From contig JAYTSD010000032.1 of assembly GCA_043745805.1 (NCBI GenBank), positions 41,738 through 105,737 of the forward strand: a stretch of DNA of 64,000 nt, in the 5' to 3' direction. The notes beneath the pieces are model-generated. The model was not told the DNA's origin. It worked only from the letters and a program-made list of their open reading frames with translations, and made no database searches. Below, one piece after another: positions 1 through 9,203 of the stretch (position 1 is the first letter of the stretch; each line of letters opens with the position of its first letter). A program made the translations under genes and the position numbers. Source of the stretch: Fibrobacteria bacterium (lineage in GTDB: Bacteria; Fibrobacterota; Fibrobacteria; UBA11236).

Positions 1-1485
1 CGTCTGTTTAAACAAACTCAGCGAATGATAAGCGGCTAGCGCGCGCGCTCGGGCTGCGGAATGATCCACAATAGGGTGAGGATAGGTTTCGCCTAAAACG
101 ACCCCTGCCTTGGCAAGTGCTGCCGTTGAGGCTTCCCAAGGGCGATGGATATTGCGAGAGTCTAGGCCCGCGAGTTCCGGAATCCAATGCCGAATATAGC
201 TACCGCTGGCATCAAACCGTATCCCCTGAGTTACGGGGTGGAAAATACGAAAATACGGGGCGGCATCAGCGCCACTGCCCGCAACCCATTGCCAGCCCAT
301 GGTATTTTGGGCTAGGTCCGCGTCCACCAAAGTATCCCAAAACCATTTAGCTCCGATCTGCCAAGGTAACAGCAAATGCTTAACCAAAAAAGACGCGGTG
401 GCCATGCGCACGCGATTATGCATCCAGCCCGTAGCCCATAACTGTCGCATGCCTGCGTCGATATAAGGATATCCTGTGCGGCCGGTTTGCCAAGCGCGGA
501 GACCCTCGCTGTCGCGGTTCCAAGGAAAGGCGGCAAACGATGGACGCAGCGGTTGATCGGGAGTATGCGGGAAATGAACGAGTAAATGATGGGCGAATTC
601 GCGCCAGATCAACTGGCGTTGCCAAGCTAGCAGGGAGGTTTTTACAGTAGGGTCTTTCTTAGCTTCACTCAGTCGTATCTGCAGAGCGGCCCAGATTTCC
701 CGAATCCCGATCTCACCAAAATGCAAATAAGGCGAAAGCCTAGAGGTACCTTCAAGAGACGGTATATCGCGGGTTACCGCATATTCGGTTATGATGGCTT
801 CCATCCCATTGGCTAGGAGTTCATGGCCGGCAGCGCTTCCTGGAGTCCAAGTGGATTGCAATCCGACATCCCAAGAGAAACGCGGGAGAAGCTTTAAACT
901 GTTTATAGAAATGGAGTCAGGCCAGTGTTCCGGCGCGGGAATTTTTCGAGGATTGGGAAGCGGAGGCGCGGGTTCTGGCGCCTCTTGGGTGGCTCGCCAA
1001 AAAGGCGTGAAAACTTGATAGGGACCTGCGCTAGCGCGGGTGCGGATAGATTCGGGTTCATAGAGTAGGCTTGAGCAAAACACATCGACTTCAACACCGA
1101 GACCATTCGGATTTAAACGTAGAGCGTTTGCAATATGTTTATCATACGCTTCCACTTTTGGTTCATATCTCCGACTCCAGAATACAGCAGTAGCGCCGGT
1201 TTCATTAATCAGTGCACGTAATTCGGTTAAGGCATTGCCATGTCGGAGTATGAGTCTCGAACCTTTGCCGCGCAAGGCTTCATCCAACCGATTTAGAGAA
1301 TGGTGCAACCACCAACGGCTCGCACCTCCTTGCGCCCAATCGCCTTCGCTTTCAGGGTCGTCAATGTAAACCGGCACGACAATGCCGCGCTTGCATGCTT
1401 CATACAGAGCGGGATGATCGGCAAGGCGAAGATCTTGGCGAAACCAGACTAAGGTGAGGGCTTTTTTTTCTGTGTTTTTTGTCAT
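1..1485 (-). CDS. phrB: Deoxyribodipyrimidine photolyase (3' end runs off the window)
   Basis: Not in the ORF track because no stop lies inside the window. Manual translation from ATG 1485 gives MTKNTEKKALTLVWFRQDLRLADHPALYEA...GGASRWWLHHSL; the same frame at the window edge gives IHRPWEA...GETYPHPIVDHSAARARALAAY. Both are typical class I photolyase termini. The middle was not fully translated. Confidence 0.9.
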   Translation of the reverse strand, partial: MTKNTEKKALTLVWFRQDLRLADHPALYEACKRGIVVPVYIDDPESEGDWAQGGASRWWLHHSLNRLDEALRGKGSRLILRHGNALTELRALINETGATAVFWSRRYEPKVEAYDKHIANALRLNPNGLGVEVDVFCSSLLYEPESIRTRASAGPYQVFTPFWRATQEAPEPAPPLPNPRKIPAPEHWPDSISINSLKLLPRFSWDVGLQSTWTPGSAAGHELLANGMEAIITEYAVTRDIPSLEGTSRLSPYLHFGEIGIREIWAALQIRLSEAKKDPTVKTSLLAWQRQLIWREFAHHLLVHFPHTPDQPLRPSFAAFPWNRDSEGLRAWQTGRTGYPYIDAGMRQLWATGWMHNRVRMATASFLVKHLLLPWQIGAKWFWDTLVDADLAQNTMGWQWVAGSGADAAPYFRIFHPVTQGIRFDASGSYIRHWIPELAGLDSRNIHRPWEASTAALAKAGVVLGETYPHPIVDHSAARARALAAYHSLSLFKQT

Positions 1486-1576
1486 TAATTATTCACACAC
1501 TGCTGAAGCGATTCATTAAGGTATGGATACATTTGTTTATTGGTGAGTACGGTAATGTCTGACATTGGTTTTTCCG

Positions 1577-1831
1577 TTACCCCTTTAAAGCACTTTGTAC
1601 GGCCGCGCGAATTTCTCGACGTAATACTTGTAAATCAGAAAGTCCAGGAACATTTCTCATGGCCTCTCTTAAGGTATTATTGATTAAAGTTTGATATCCT
1701 GTACTTTTTTTGACAGCCTGCTCTTGGAAATAAAGCAGAATATCCGCATCTAAGCGTAAGGTCTTTTGCACTTTTTGTGGGCGATAAAATTTACCTCGAA
1801 TGCCTTTACTGAAATCATATTCTTTTTTCAT
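1577..1831 (-). CDS. BrnA-family antitoxin
   Basis: MKKEYDFSKGIRGKFY...TLRLDADILLYFQ...GYQTLINNTLR, the typical BrnA pattern. Confidence 0.85.
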   Translation of the reverse strand: MKKEYDFSKGIRGKFYRPQKVQKTLRLDADILLYFQEQAVKKSTGYQTLINNTLREAMRNVPGLSDLQVLRREIRAAVQSALKG

Positions 1832-1832
1832 G

Positions 1833-1958
1833 TTAACCCTCGATGCATTTACTCACGCTTTTCTTTTGCAGTTGCGCGACTGCGCAGAAATTAAACGAAT
1901 GATTTTTGTGTTTCTTATAATTCGCCTTTGCTTTGCGAGGATCCCATTCAAATTTCAT
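1833..1958 (-). pseudogene. BrnT toxin remnant (internal deletion plus frameshifts)
   Basis: Begins MKFEWDPRKAKANYKKH (BrnT N-terminus). The C-terminal motifs IIRLISA and RATAKEKRE follow directly in other frames, and the central part is missing. Lies directly upstream of brnA. Confidence 0.8.
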
Positions 1959-2172
1959 TGAATAATTATAACTACAATGTAGCTACAACTCTAGTTTTGC
2001 TTTAGCTTGCTGATTTCAGGCAAATTTTCATTGAATTTTGAAGAGCTAAAAATGCAGGTTAGGTAAATGTCTACTAAACTAGGGAAAGCTCATAGTTATC
2101 CTTTGTGAAAGTAAAGAAAGAATGTATATTGTCTTTCAACGTATATTTTTCGATTTTGAGAACGGAAAAAAA

Positions 2173-3504
2173 ATGAGCAAGTCTTTATTATTTGCAACTA
2201 TAGTTGCAGGTTCAATTTTGCGAACAGCTTTTGCAGACCCTATAATCGTAGGTACGCCAAAACTTTTGTATACTACGGATAAATTGCCTATCGATCCAAT
2301 ATGTAGCCTTTCAAGCAGCATCCCTTCAACAATTGATTACTGCAACACAGCTCCTTTAAATTCGGCGGGAAAAGATTTGTTAAGTATTGATGGATCAGTA
2401 CCAATTATTAAAAATTCTGATGGAAGTATGGGATTTTTTTACAATTTCGCAAATGGCTTCGCCTTATTTAAAGGCACGCCAGATAAACCATTTCCAAGCC
2501 TACCCTTATGGTCTGAAAAAATCCTAACAGCCTTTCCATACGCAACGCCAGTTGATATTCGAAAACGCGTAGTTAAAACTGCCGGACATCCAGGTCAAGA
2601 TCATATTTATATTGCAAATATATACCATGGTTCCAATTCAAGTGCGGATCCGATGATAGGTTTTATTCATTATGAAGATATTGCATCCTGCAAGGATGCT
2701 GATGTGGTGAATGACGTATATTCCGCATCTTGTTCTTCATATCACATTGGTCTCGCAAATTCTACTGATCGCGGCAAAACTTGGCATTATATGGGCCATG
2801 TTATTAATACTTCTAGAAATGGAGGTTACGGCGATGACGGCAAAAATAATGCACACCAGACCACAAATATAGGTGGCGTTCCATATCTTGTTAAAGATGG
2901 GTATTTTTATGTTTACTATCACGAGTACCCTAGTGTTTCTGGAACAGATTACAAACGATACGTATCTGTTGCCAGAGCATTAATTAGTGATGTGGTTAAT
3001 GCAGCTTCAAATGGAAACGTAAGCCCGCCATGGTATAAATACAATAATGGTACATGGACACAGTCTGCGTTAACTGGATTGGGTTCAAGTATATTTGAAG
3101 CTCCACAAGACCATGGGAATACACATACTGACGCAGTTTACTCGAATCTAACAAAGAAGTATTATTTAATTACCGTTGAACAAAATTTAAAGATTGGTAA
3201 TAGCATTAATTTGTACTCCTCTTTTGATGGAATTAAGTGGGATGCTCCAAACAGCATTAGTTCAGGTTCAGTTTTTTATCCGTTTATTTCACCATCATCT
3301 TTTATTGACAATGATGCTCATACTGTTGGAAAGGATTTTTACGTTTTGTATGCAAAGACTTCTCCAAGATATCATGAGCCAAATTATCTCCGGTGTCTAG
3401 AGGCAGGTGACGGTGCGGGTGCTTGTCAAGATATATATCAAGTAAAGGTAACTTTGGGTGCAGGCGATGTATCGCCAATCATAGATAATGTATTAAGAAA
3501 CTAA
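2173..3504 (+). CDS. Secreted Asp-box/BNR-type (probably beta-propeller) glycoside-hydrolase-like protein
   Basis: Signal peptide MSKSLLFATIVAGSILRTAFA from ATG 2173 (ORF track starts at 2122). Asp-box-like ANSTDRGKTW and SSFDGIKW. C-terminal tail CLEAGDGAGAC...VSPIIDNVLRN. Confidence 0.55.
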   Translation: MSKSLLFATIVAGSILRTAFADPIIVGTPKLLYTTDKLPIDPICSLSSSIPSTIDYCNTAPLNSAGKDLLSIDGSVPIIKNSDGSMGFFYNFANGFALFKGTPDKPFPSLPLWSEKILTAFPYATPVDIRKRVVKTAGHPGQDHIYIANIYHGSNSSADPMIGFIHYEDIASCKDADVVNDVYSASCSSYHIGLANSTDRGKTWHYMGHVINTSRNGGYGDDGKNNAHQTTNIGGVPYLVKDGYFYVYYHEYPSVSGTDYKRYVSVARALISDVVNAASNGNVSPPWYKYNNGTWTQSALTGLGSSIFEAPQDHGNTHTDAVYSNLTKKYYLITVEQNLKIGNSINLYSSFDGIKWDAPNSISSGSVFYPFISPSSFIDNDAHTVGKDFYVLYAKTSPRYHEPNYLRCLEAGDGAGACQDIYQVKVTLGAGDVSPIIDNVLRN

Positions 3505-3549
3505 ATCTATTTAAATCACAAAAATCATATCAAATAATTAGGAGAATTT

Positions 3550-3903
3550 ATGAAAACTCGGAAAATATTTCTTTTAGCTGGATTAGCTGCAATAAACTCA
3601 TTTGCATTTAATAATGCAACATGGGTTCAAATATCAACAATTAAATGCATAAGAGTTAACGGTACGCAAGCGCTTTTTAAAATTAATGAAACATCCCCAA
3701 CAATGATTCCTGTGACAGACACAAAAATGAATACCTATTGGTTTCAGGTTGATCTATCTTCCAAAGAAGGCAGTGCAGCATACACTGCATTGCTTATGGC
3801 AAAATTTTCTGGTAGTACAGTTCAATTTTATGTTCCAAGTGGTACTGCAAATGCGGGCGGTGTTTACCCTGTTCAAAACTTTACATATGGACAAGATGCT
3901 TAA
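3550..3903 (+). CDS. Small secreted protein, predicted OB-fold (paralogue 1)
   Basis: AGGAG RBS and signal peptide ending SFA. Shares TIKC.RVN, TQALFKINE.SPTM, DTKMNTYWFQVDL, AKFSG..VQF, SGTANA..VYPVQN.TYG with the next ORF. Confidence 0.75.
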   Translation: MKTRKIFLLAGLAAINSFAFNNATWVQISTIKCIRVNGTQALFKINETSPTMIPVTDTKMNTYWFQVDLSSKEGSAAYTALLMAKFSGSTVQFYVPSGTANAGGVYPVQNFTYGQDA

Positions 3904-4021
3904 ATTACTTCTTGGTCAAGATAGATTTTCGAATTTTGTTAAAAAAACGAAGTACTCTTAAACCTGATCATAAAGCCAAATAATTTTCAAGGATAGCAAC
4001 ATTTTAATTTAGGAAAATTCA

Positions 4022-4393
4022 ATGAAAATTTGGAAAATATGCTTGATTCTCGGATCTGCTTTAATAAATGTTTTTGCCTTTCAAGACATGAATTCTGTGG
4101 TCTCATCAACAATCAAATGTGTACGAGTAAATGTTACGTCATCTGGTGTTACTCAAGCTTTATTCAAAATTAATGAGGCTTCACCAACGATGAACGATTT
4201 AAACGATACAAAAATGAACACTTATTGGTTTCAAGTTGATTTAGCTAATCAAGATGGTCTTGCTGAATATTTAACAATGCTAAAAGCAAAATTTTCTGGT
4301 CAACAAGTTCAGTTTTTGATAACAAGTGGTACTGCGAACGCTGACAATGTTTATCCTGTTCAAAATTTAACATATGGATATCAAGAGGACTGA
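4022..4393 (+). CDS. Small secreted protein, predicted OB-fold (paralogue 2)
   Basis: AGGA RBS and signal peptide ending VFA; clear tandem paralogue of 3550..3903. Confidence 0.75.
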   Translation: MKIWKICLILGSALINVFAFQDMNSVVSSTIKCVRVNVTSSGVTQALFKINEASPTMNDLNDTKMNTYWFQVDLANQDGLAEYLTMLKAKFSGQQVQFLITSGTANADNVYPVQNLTYGYQED

Positions 4394-4607
4394 TTTATCA
4401 TACCCATTCTTTTTAATTCCAAACACCACACGAGGTTTTTGTGATTTTGTAAGGTTTTTAAATAAATCAGGTTCGACAGATTTTGTATGTAATGCTTGAT
4501 ATTAATTTATCCAGTTAATTTCTAAAGCTACACTACCATTGGAAGAGCCGTGAATAAACCCATTTTTAGCTATATTTGCCCATCAAAGAACTTAAAAAGA
4601 ATTTAGG

Positions 4608-7328
4608 GTGGCAATGGAAAGTCGTTATTCTCCGAGCGATATAGAAGACAAGTGGTATCAAATTTGGGAAGAGGCCGGTGCTTTTAAACCCCAAGCTAAA
4701 GATAAAAACAAGGGTAAGCCTTTTACCATTGTTATTCCGCCGCCGAATGTGACTGGCGCTTTGCATATGGGTCATGCGCTGAATAATACTTTGCAAGATG
4801 TTTTGATTCGTTGGAAACGTTTGCAGGGTTTCAATACCTTATGGCAACCCGGTACCGACCATGCGGGCATTGCCACGCAAAGTGTAGTGGAACGCGAATT
4901 GGCTAAGCAAGGCGTGAAGCGTCAGGACTTGGGTCGCGAAAAATTTGTCGAACGCGTTTGGGAATGGAAACAAGAATACGGCGACCGTATTGTGAATCAA
5001 TTGAAAAAACTCGGCAGTTCTTGTGATTGGTCGCGTTTGCGCTTTACCATGGATGAGGGTTTATCCATTGCGGTGAAAGAAGTTTTTGTACGGCTCTATG
5101 AAGATGGCCTGATTTATCAAGGTAATCGCCTGATCAATTGGTGTCCCAAATTGCAAACGGCTTTGGCGGATGAAGAAGTGGAAAACAAAGAAGCGCAAGG
5201 ACATTTTTGGTCTTTGCGTTACCCTTTGGCGGAAGATCCTTCACAATTTATTGTGGTGGCGACGACGCGTCCGGAAACTTTATTTGGTGATGTGGCTGTG
5301 GCTGTTAACGCGGAAGATACCCGCTATCAGCATTTGATTGGCAAAAAAGTAAAATTGCCTTTAACCAATCGCGAAATCCCTATTATCGCCGATGAGCATG
5401 CCGATCCCACTAAGGGTTCCGGCGCAGTGAAAATCACTCCGGCTCATGACTTCAATGATTTCGAAGTGGGCAAGCGACATAATCTTGAACCCATTTGCGT
5501 GATGGATTTAAATGCGCATATGAATGAAAAAGCCGGTGCCTATGCGGGCTTGGAGCGTTTCGCTTGCCGCAAAAAAGTTTTGGCCGATTTAGAAGCTGCG
5601 AGTTTAGTAGAAAAAATTGAAGATAAAGTGATATCGTTACCGCTATGTTACCGTAGCGGTGATATTGTCGAACCGTATTTAATGAATCAATGGTTTGTGA
5701 ATATGCGTCCTTTGGCGGAACCTGCTTTGGAGGCTGTGGTCGAAGGTAAAACGATTGCGGAAAGACAAGCTACCGGAACCATTGGTTTTGTGCCGGAACG
5801 TTATACCAAAACCTACCGCACATGGCTTGAGCCCTTTAAAGATTGGTGCATATCGCGTCAACTATGGTGGGGTCATCAAATTCCTGCTTGGTATGTCATT
5901 AGTGAAACCGGCGGACAAAAACGCAATGACACACCTTTTGTAGTGGCGCGTTCGACGGAAGAAGCGAAACAAAAAGCTATTGCAAAGTATGGTGACAATG
6001 TAGTTTTGGTACAAGAAGAAGATGTGTTGGACACTTGGTTTTCCAGTGCCTTATGGCCTTTCAGCACTTTAGGTTGGCCGGAAAAAACCGAAAGCTTAAA
6101 AACTTTTTACCCTACCGATGTACTGATTACGGATAGAGGTATTATTTATTTCTGGGTAGCGCGCATGATTTTTTCGGGATTAAAATTTTTGGATAAAGCA
6201 CCCTTTCATACCGTGTATATACATGGCACTATTCTCGATGAAAAAGGTCAGCGCATGTCCAAGTCCAAGGGCAATGGCATTGATCCTATTGAGATGATTA
6301 AAACTTATGGTGCCGATGCTGTGCGTTTTGCTTTGATGACTTTGACTACCGAAGGGCAAGACATTAAACTCTCGCCGGTGAAATTTGAATCGGGCCGTAA
6401 TTTTGCCAATAAACTTTGGAATGCCGTACGTTTTGTGTTACCCCATGTGGAAGCACAGCAAGCCGAAGATAATCAAGTTATGGATTTACAAAGTCAAGCT
6501 TTATCCATGCCGGATCGTTGGATATTGTCACGCGCGAATTCTATGATACACGATGTGAATCAAGCTTTGGAAGCCTTGCGCTTTTCCGAAGCGGCGCAGG
6601 CCATATACCGCTTCACTTGGGATGATTTCTGTTCCCGTTACTTAGAAATTCGCAAACGGATTATCACGGGAGAAGCTTCACCTGAAAAGCAAATGGCCGT
6701 AGCGGTTTTTGTTTCCGTACTGGAAAAATTGATTGCCGTTTTGCATCCCTTTATGCCTTTTATCACTGAGGAAATTCATGCCGCTTTAGGTCATAAAAAT
6801 CTTTTGATCACTAGTGCTTGGCCAATGGTGGATGAAAAAGCACGCGATAAAAATTTAGAAGATGGCTTTGAAGAAGTGTTTGCCGTGGTGGAAGCTTTGC
6901 GCGCCATTCGTGGTCAATATGCTATTGCTCCGGCTAAACCATTAAATGCCGTACTCAGCTTTGATGACGCCGAAAAGAATGCTAAAGCCCAGGTTACGCA
7001 GGAGATACTGATCAATTTAGAAAAAGTGGGCGAGTTAAAAATTGGTTTGGGCTTGCCTAAACCTAGTTTTGCTGCCACGGAAGTGATTCCTGGAGGCAAG
7101 CTCTATGTGGCTTTGGAAGGTATTCTCGATATTGAAGCGGAGCGCCAAAAGATTCGTAAAGAATTGGAAAAGTCCGAAGGCTTTGTGAAAGCGCAAGCGC
7201 AAAAATTAGCGAATGAAAAGTTCGTAGGTTCCGCACCGGCGCAAGTGATTGAGTTGGAAAGACAAAAGCTAGCTTCGCAACAAGAGAAATTGGAAAAACT
7301 TAAAGAGACTCTCGCTAGCTTGGGGTAA
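4608..7328 (+). CDS. valS: Valine--tRNA ligase
   Basis: PPPNVTGALHMGH (HIGH), DWCISRQLWWGH, DVLDTWFSSALWP, RMSKS, C-terminal coiled coil. Confidence 0.98.
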   Translation: MAMESRYSPSDIEDKWYQIWEEAGAFKPQAKDKNKGKPFTIVIPPPNVTGALHMGHALNNTLQDVLIRWKRLQGFNTLWQPGTDHAGIATQSVVERELAKQGVKRQDLGREKFVERVWEWKQEYGDRIVNQLKKLGSSCDWSRLRFTMDEGLSIAVKEVFVRLYEDGLIYQGNRLINWCPKLQTALADEEVENKEAQGHFWSLRYPLAEDPSQFIVVATTRPETLFGDVAVAVNAEDTRYQHLIGKKVKLPLTNREIPIIADEHADPTKGSGAVKITPAHDFNDFEVGKRHNLEPICVMDLNAHMNEKAGAYAGLERFACRKKVLADLEAASLVEKIEDKVISLPLCYRSGDIVEPYLMNQWFVNMRPLAEPALEAVVEGKTIAERQATGTIGFVPERYTKTYRTWLEPFKDWCISRQLWWGHQIPAWYVISETGGQKRNDTPFVVARSTEEAKQKAIAKYGDNVVLVQEEDVLDTWFSSALWPFSTLGWPEKTESLKTFYPTDVLITDRGIIYFWVARMIFSGLKFLDKAPFHTVYIHGTILDEKGQRMSKSKGNGIDPIEMIKTYGADAVRFALMTLTTEGQDIKLSPVKFESGRNFANKLWNAVRFVLPHVEAQQAEDNQVMDLQSQALSMPDRWILSRANSMIHDVNQALEALRFSEAAQAIYRFTWDDFCSRYLEIRKRIITGEASPEKQMAVAVFVSVLEKLIAVLHPFMPFITEEIHAALGHKNLLITSAWPMVDEKARDKNLEDGFEEVFAVVEALRAIRGQYAIAPAKPLNAVLSFDDAEKNAKAQVTQEILINLEKVGELKIGLGLPKPSFAATEVIPGGKLYVALEGILDIEAERQKIRKELEKSEGFVKAQAQKLANEKFVGSAPAQVIELERQKLASQQEKLEKLKETLASLG

Positions 7329-7382
7329 CATCCAGGTTAATTTTTCTTATACGGTTTATTCGATTTTAATCGAAAACCAATC

Positions 7383-9059
7383 TTATTCAAAATGAGCCAA
7401 TAAAATACCTCGTGAGCCGAGGTATTTTAATTCGGCATAATAAATATTTCCACGATGGCGCAGGGTAAAGGGAATGACTTTGCCCTTTAAATCAATTAAA
7501 GTGGGAGCAAAAAGAGGATTGGTTAAGGAGGGGAGAAATAAAATCCCCAAGCCATTATAAGCTAAGCTATGCCAATTATTGGGTGAATGGGGAGGAATGG
7601 GCTGATTTTGCTTTAAATATTTCCATGCTGCATTGACATCAATTAGCCCGTAACCAATACTATCATTTGGATGATCCGCTAAATTGGAAGTGTTTTTTAA
7701 AGCTGCACGAATTTCGCTTGCAGTGGCTTGAGGATAGTATTGACGTAACAAAGCGGCTACCCCTGCTACTACTGGGGCCGCAAAGCTTGTTCCCGTTGCG
7801 GGATTAAAGCCATTTAAACTGGAAACATTAGCGACTGGCACGGCACAGTTTGAACCCATACCCATGGATACCAAATCCGGTTTTATGCGTCCATCAAATG
7901 AGGGGCCTGTTGAGGAATAAGAACAGCGTTTTCTTTGGGTATTGGCTATCCCCACGGCCAATATACTGTCGGCATCTGCAGGTGAGCTTATATTAGGCGA
8001 AGCATGGGTAGTGCCTTCATTGCCCATCGCTATCGTAAGTACCACATCGCGCTCTGCGGCTTTAGTCGCGGCAATCGAAGCGGGTAAAGTTTTTCCATCC
8101 AATTGAGAATAAGGAAAATTTGCACTGGTATCAAAGTCATAGCGATAACCTAAGCTAATGCTCATCACCTGTGCGCCATGCAGAGTGGCTCGTTCAATGG
8201 CGGAGGCCACATAATCTTCTTCGACATAGCTTTCGGTTTCATCTACTTCGGCATGATAAAGTAAAAGTTGTACGCTTGGCGACACCCCCACCATTTTTCC
8301 TGGTGAATTTCCCGCTATGAGCGATAAACAGTTGGCTCCATGACTATCGCCTAAGGAATCTAAATGTACTGAGTTGGTATCATTCTGCGTGAAATCCCAT
8401 TGATCGATAATTTGCTTTTTGATTTTTAAGCTATCGAAAACATGATTTCCTAAATTAAATTGCACATCGATCACTGCTAATTTTACACCATCGCCTGGAA
8501 GTAAATTTTCTTGCGCAAATATTTGTTGTAAATAAGTAATGCGTAGCGAATCAAAGAGGGCTTGCGTTTGTCCCAAATTTAGGGAGCCTGTGGACGACTC
8601 GGTAAAAGGTTCGGCCGCCCAAGCCTTTTTCTCCAAATTTTCTCGCACAAGGAGTTTATGAGGGAATTCTTTCACTGAAGCAATGCCGGGTAATTTTTTT
8701 AATTCCTCCAACTGATCGGGACGAATAAATGCCGAAATTTGGTTTTGCCAAAGCAGCTTTACTAAAGGATGAATTCCCAAATTCTCCAAACTATTTAAAT
8801 AAGGAGCATAGAGCGGAAAGTCTTCCCAGGCTCTTTTGTTCTTGAATATTTGATCGCTAGACATTTTAGCGACCATTGATGCCATTGATACCTTAGGCGC
8901 GAGTGGACCTTTGTCTTGCAATGCGATCCATACTTTTATTTTTGCCGCAGGCTCGGGTTGGAATTCACTTGCAAAAAGCCATCCTAAATTTAAAGTTAAA
9001 CATAGGCCTAAGCGAATCAGCCAAAAAAATGAGGGAAGAAAAACCTTATAATTCATCAA
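7383..9059 (-). CDS. Secreted S8 (subtilisin-like) serine peptidase
   Basis: LAVID (Asp), SHGANC (His), GTSFAAPVVAG (Ser), GRIKPDL, GYGLID; N-terminal signal peptide. Confidence 0.9.
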   Translation of the reverse strand: MMNYKVFLPSFFWLIRLGLCLTLNLGWLFASEFQPEPAAKIKVWIALQDKGPLAPKVSMASMVAKMSSDQIFKNKRAWEDFPLYAPYLNSLENLGIHPLVKLLWQNQISAFIRPDQLEELKKLPGIASVKEFPHKLLVRENLEKKAWAAEPFTESSTGSLNLGQTQALFDSLRITYLQQIFAQENLLPGDGVKLAVIDVQFNLGNHVFDSLKIKKQIIDQWDFTQNDTNSVHLDSLGDSHGANCLSLIAGNSPGKMVGVSPSVQLLLYHAEVDETESYVEEDYVASAIERATLHGAQVMSISLGYRYDFDTSANFPYSQLDGKTLPASIAATKAAERDVVLTIAMGNEGTTHASPNISSPADADSILAVGIANTQRKRCSYSSTGPSFDGRIKPDLVSMGMGSNCAVPVANVSSLNGFNPATGTSFAAPVVAGVAALLRQYYPQATASEIRAALKNTSNLADHPNDSIGYGLIDVNAAWKYLKQNQPIPPHSPNNWHSLAYNGLGILFLPSLTNPLFAPTLIDLKGKVIPFTLRHRGNIYYAELKYLGSRGILLAHFE

Positions 9060-9095
9060 TGAATATCATATCCCATTTATGTTTAAAGTCCAAGT

Positions 9096-9134
9096 TATAG
9101 CCGAACATAGCTGAATATAGCCAATATAGCTAGA
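9096..9134. repeat. Four ~10-bp tandem repeats (yATAGCyraa) in the divergent peptidase/trpE intergenic region
   Basis: TATAGCCGAA CATAGCTGAA TATAGCCAA TATAGCTAGA read directly. Confidence 0.7.
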
Positions 9135-9203
9135 AGTACTTTTACTAGATTATACCTCAATAATAAAAAGAAGGATTGCGCCATTTGGCTGCGCCCAAAA
9201 GTT

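Noticed and set aside
117-1106. Five short ORF-track ORFs in the first 1.1 kb
   Set aside because: They are shadow frames of the minus-strand photolyase (1..1485).
1489-1497. Perfect DnaA box TTATTCACA just before phrB
   Set aside because: A single isolated 9-mer in AT-rich DNA is plausible by chance.
9096-9137. TRAP-binding (G/U)AG repeat array upstream of trpE
   Set aside because: The TAG triplets alternate with GAA rather than NAG at 5-nt spacing and are far fewer than the ~11 of TRAP sites.
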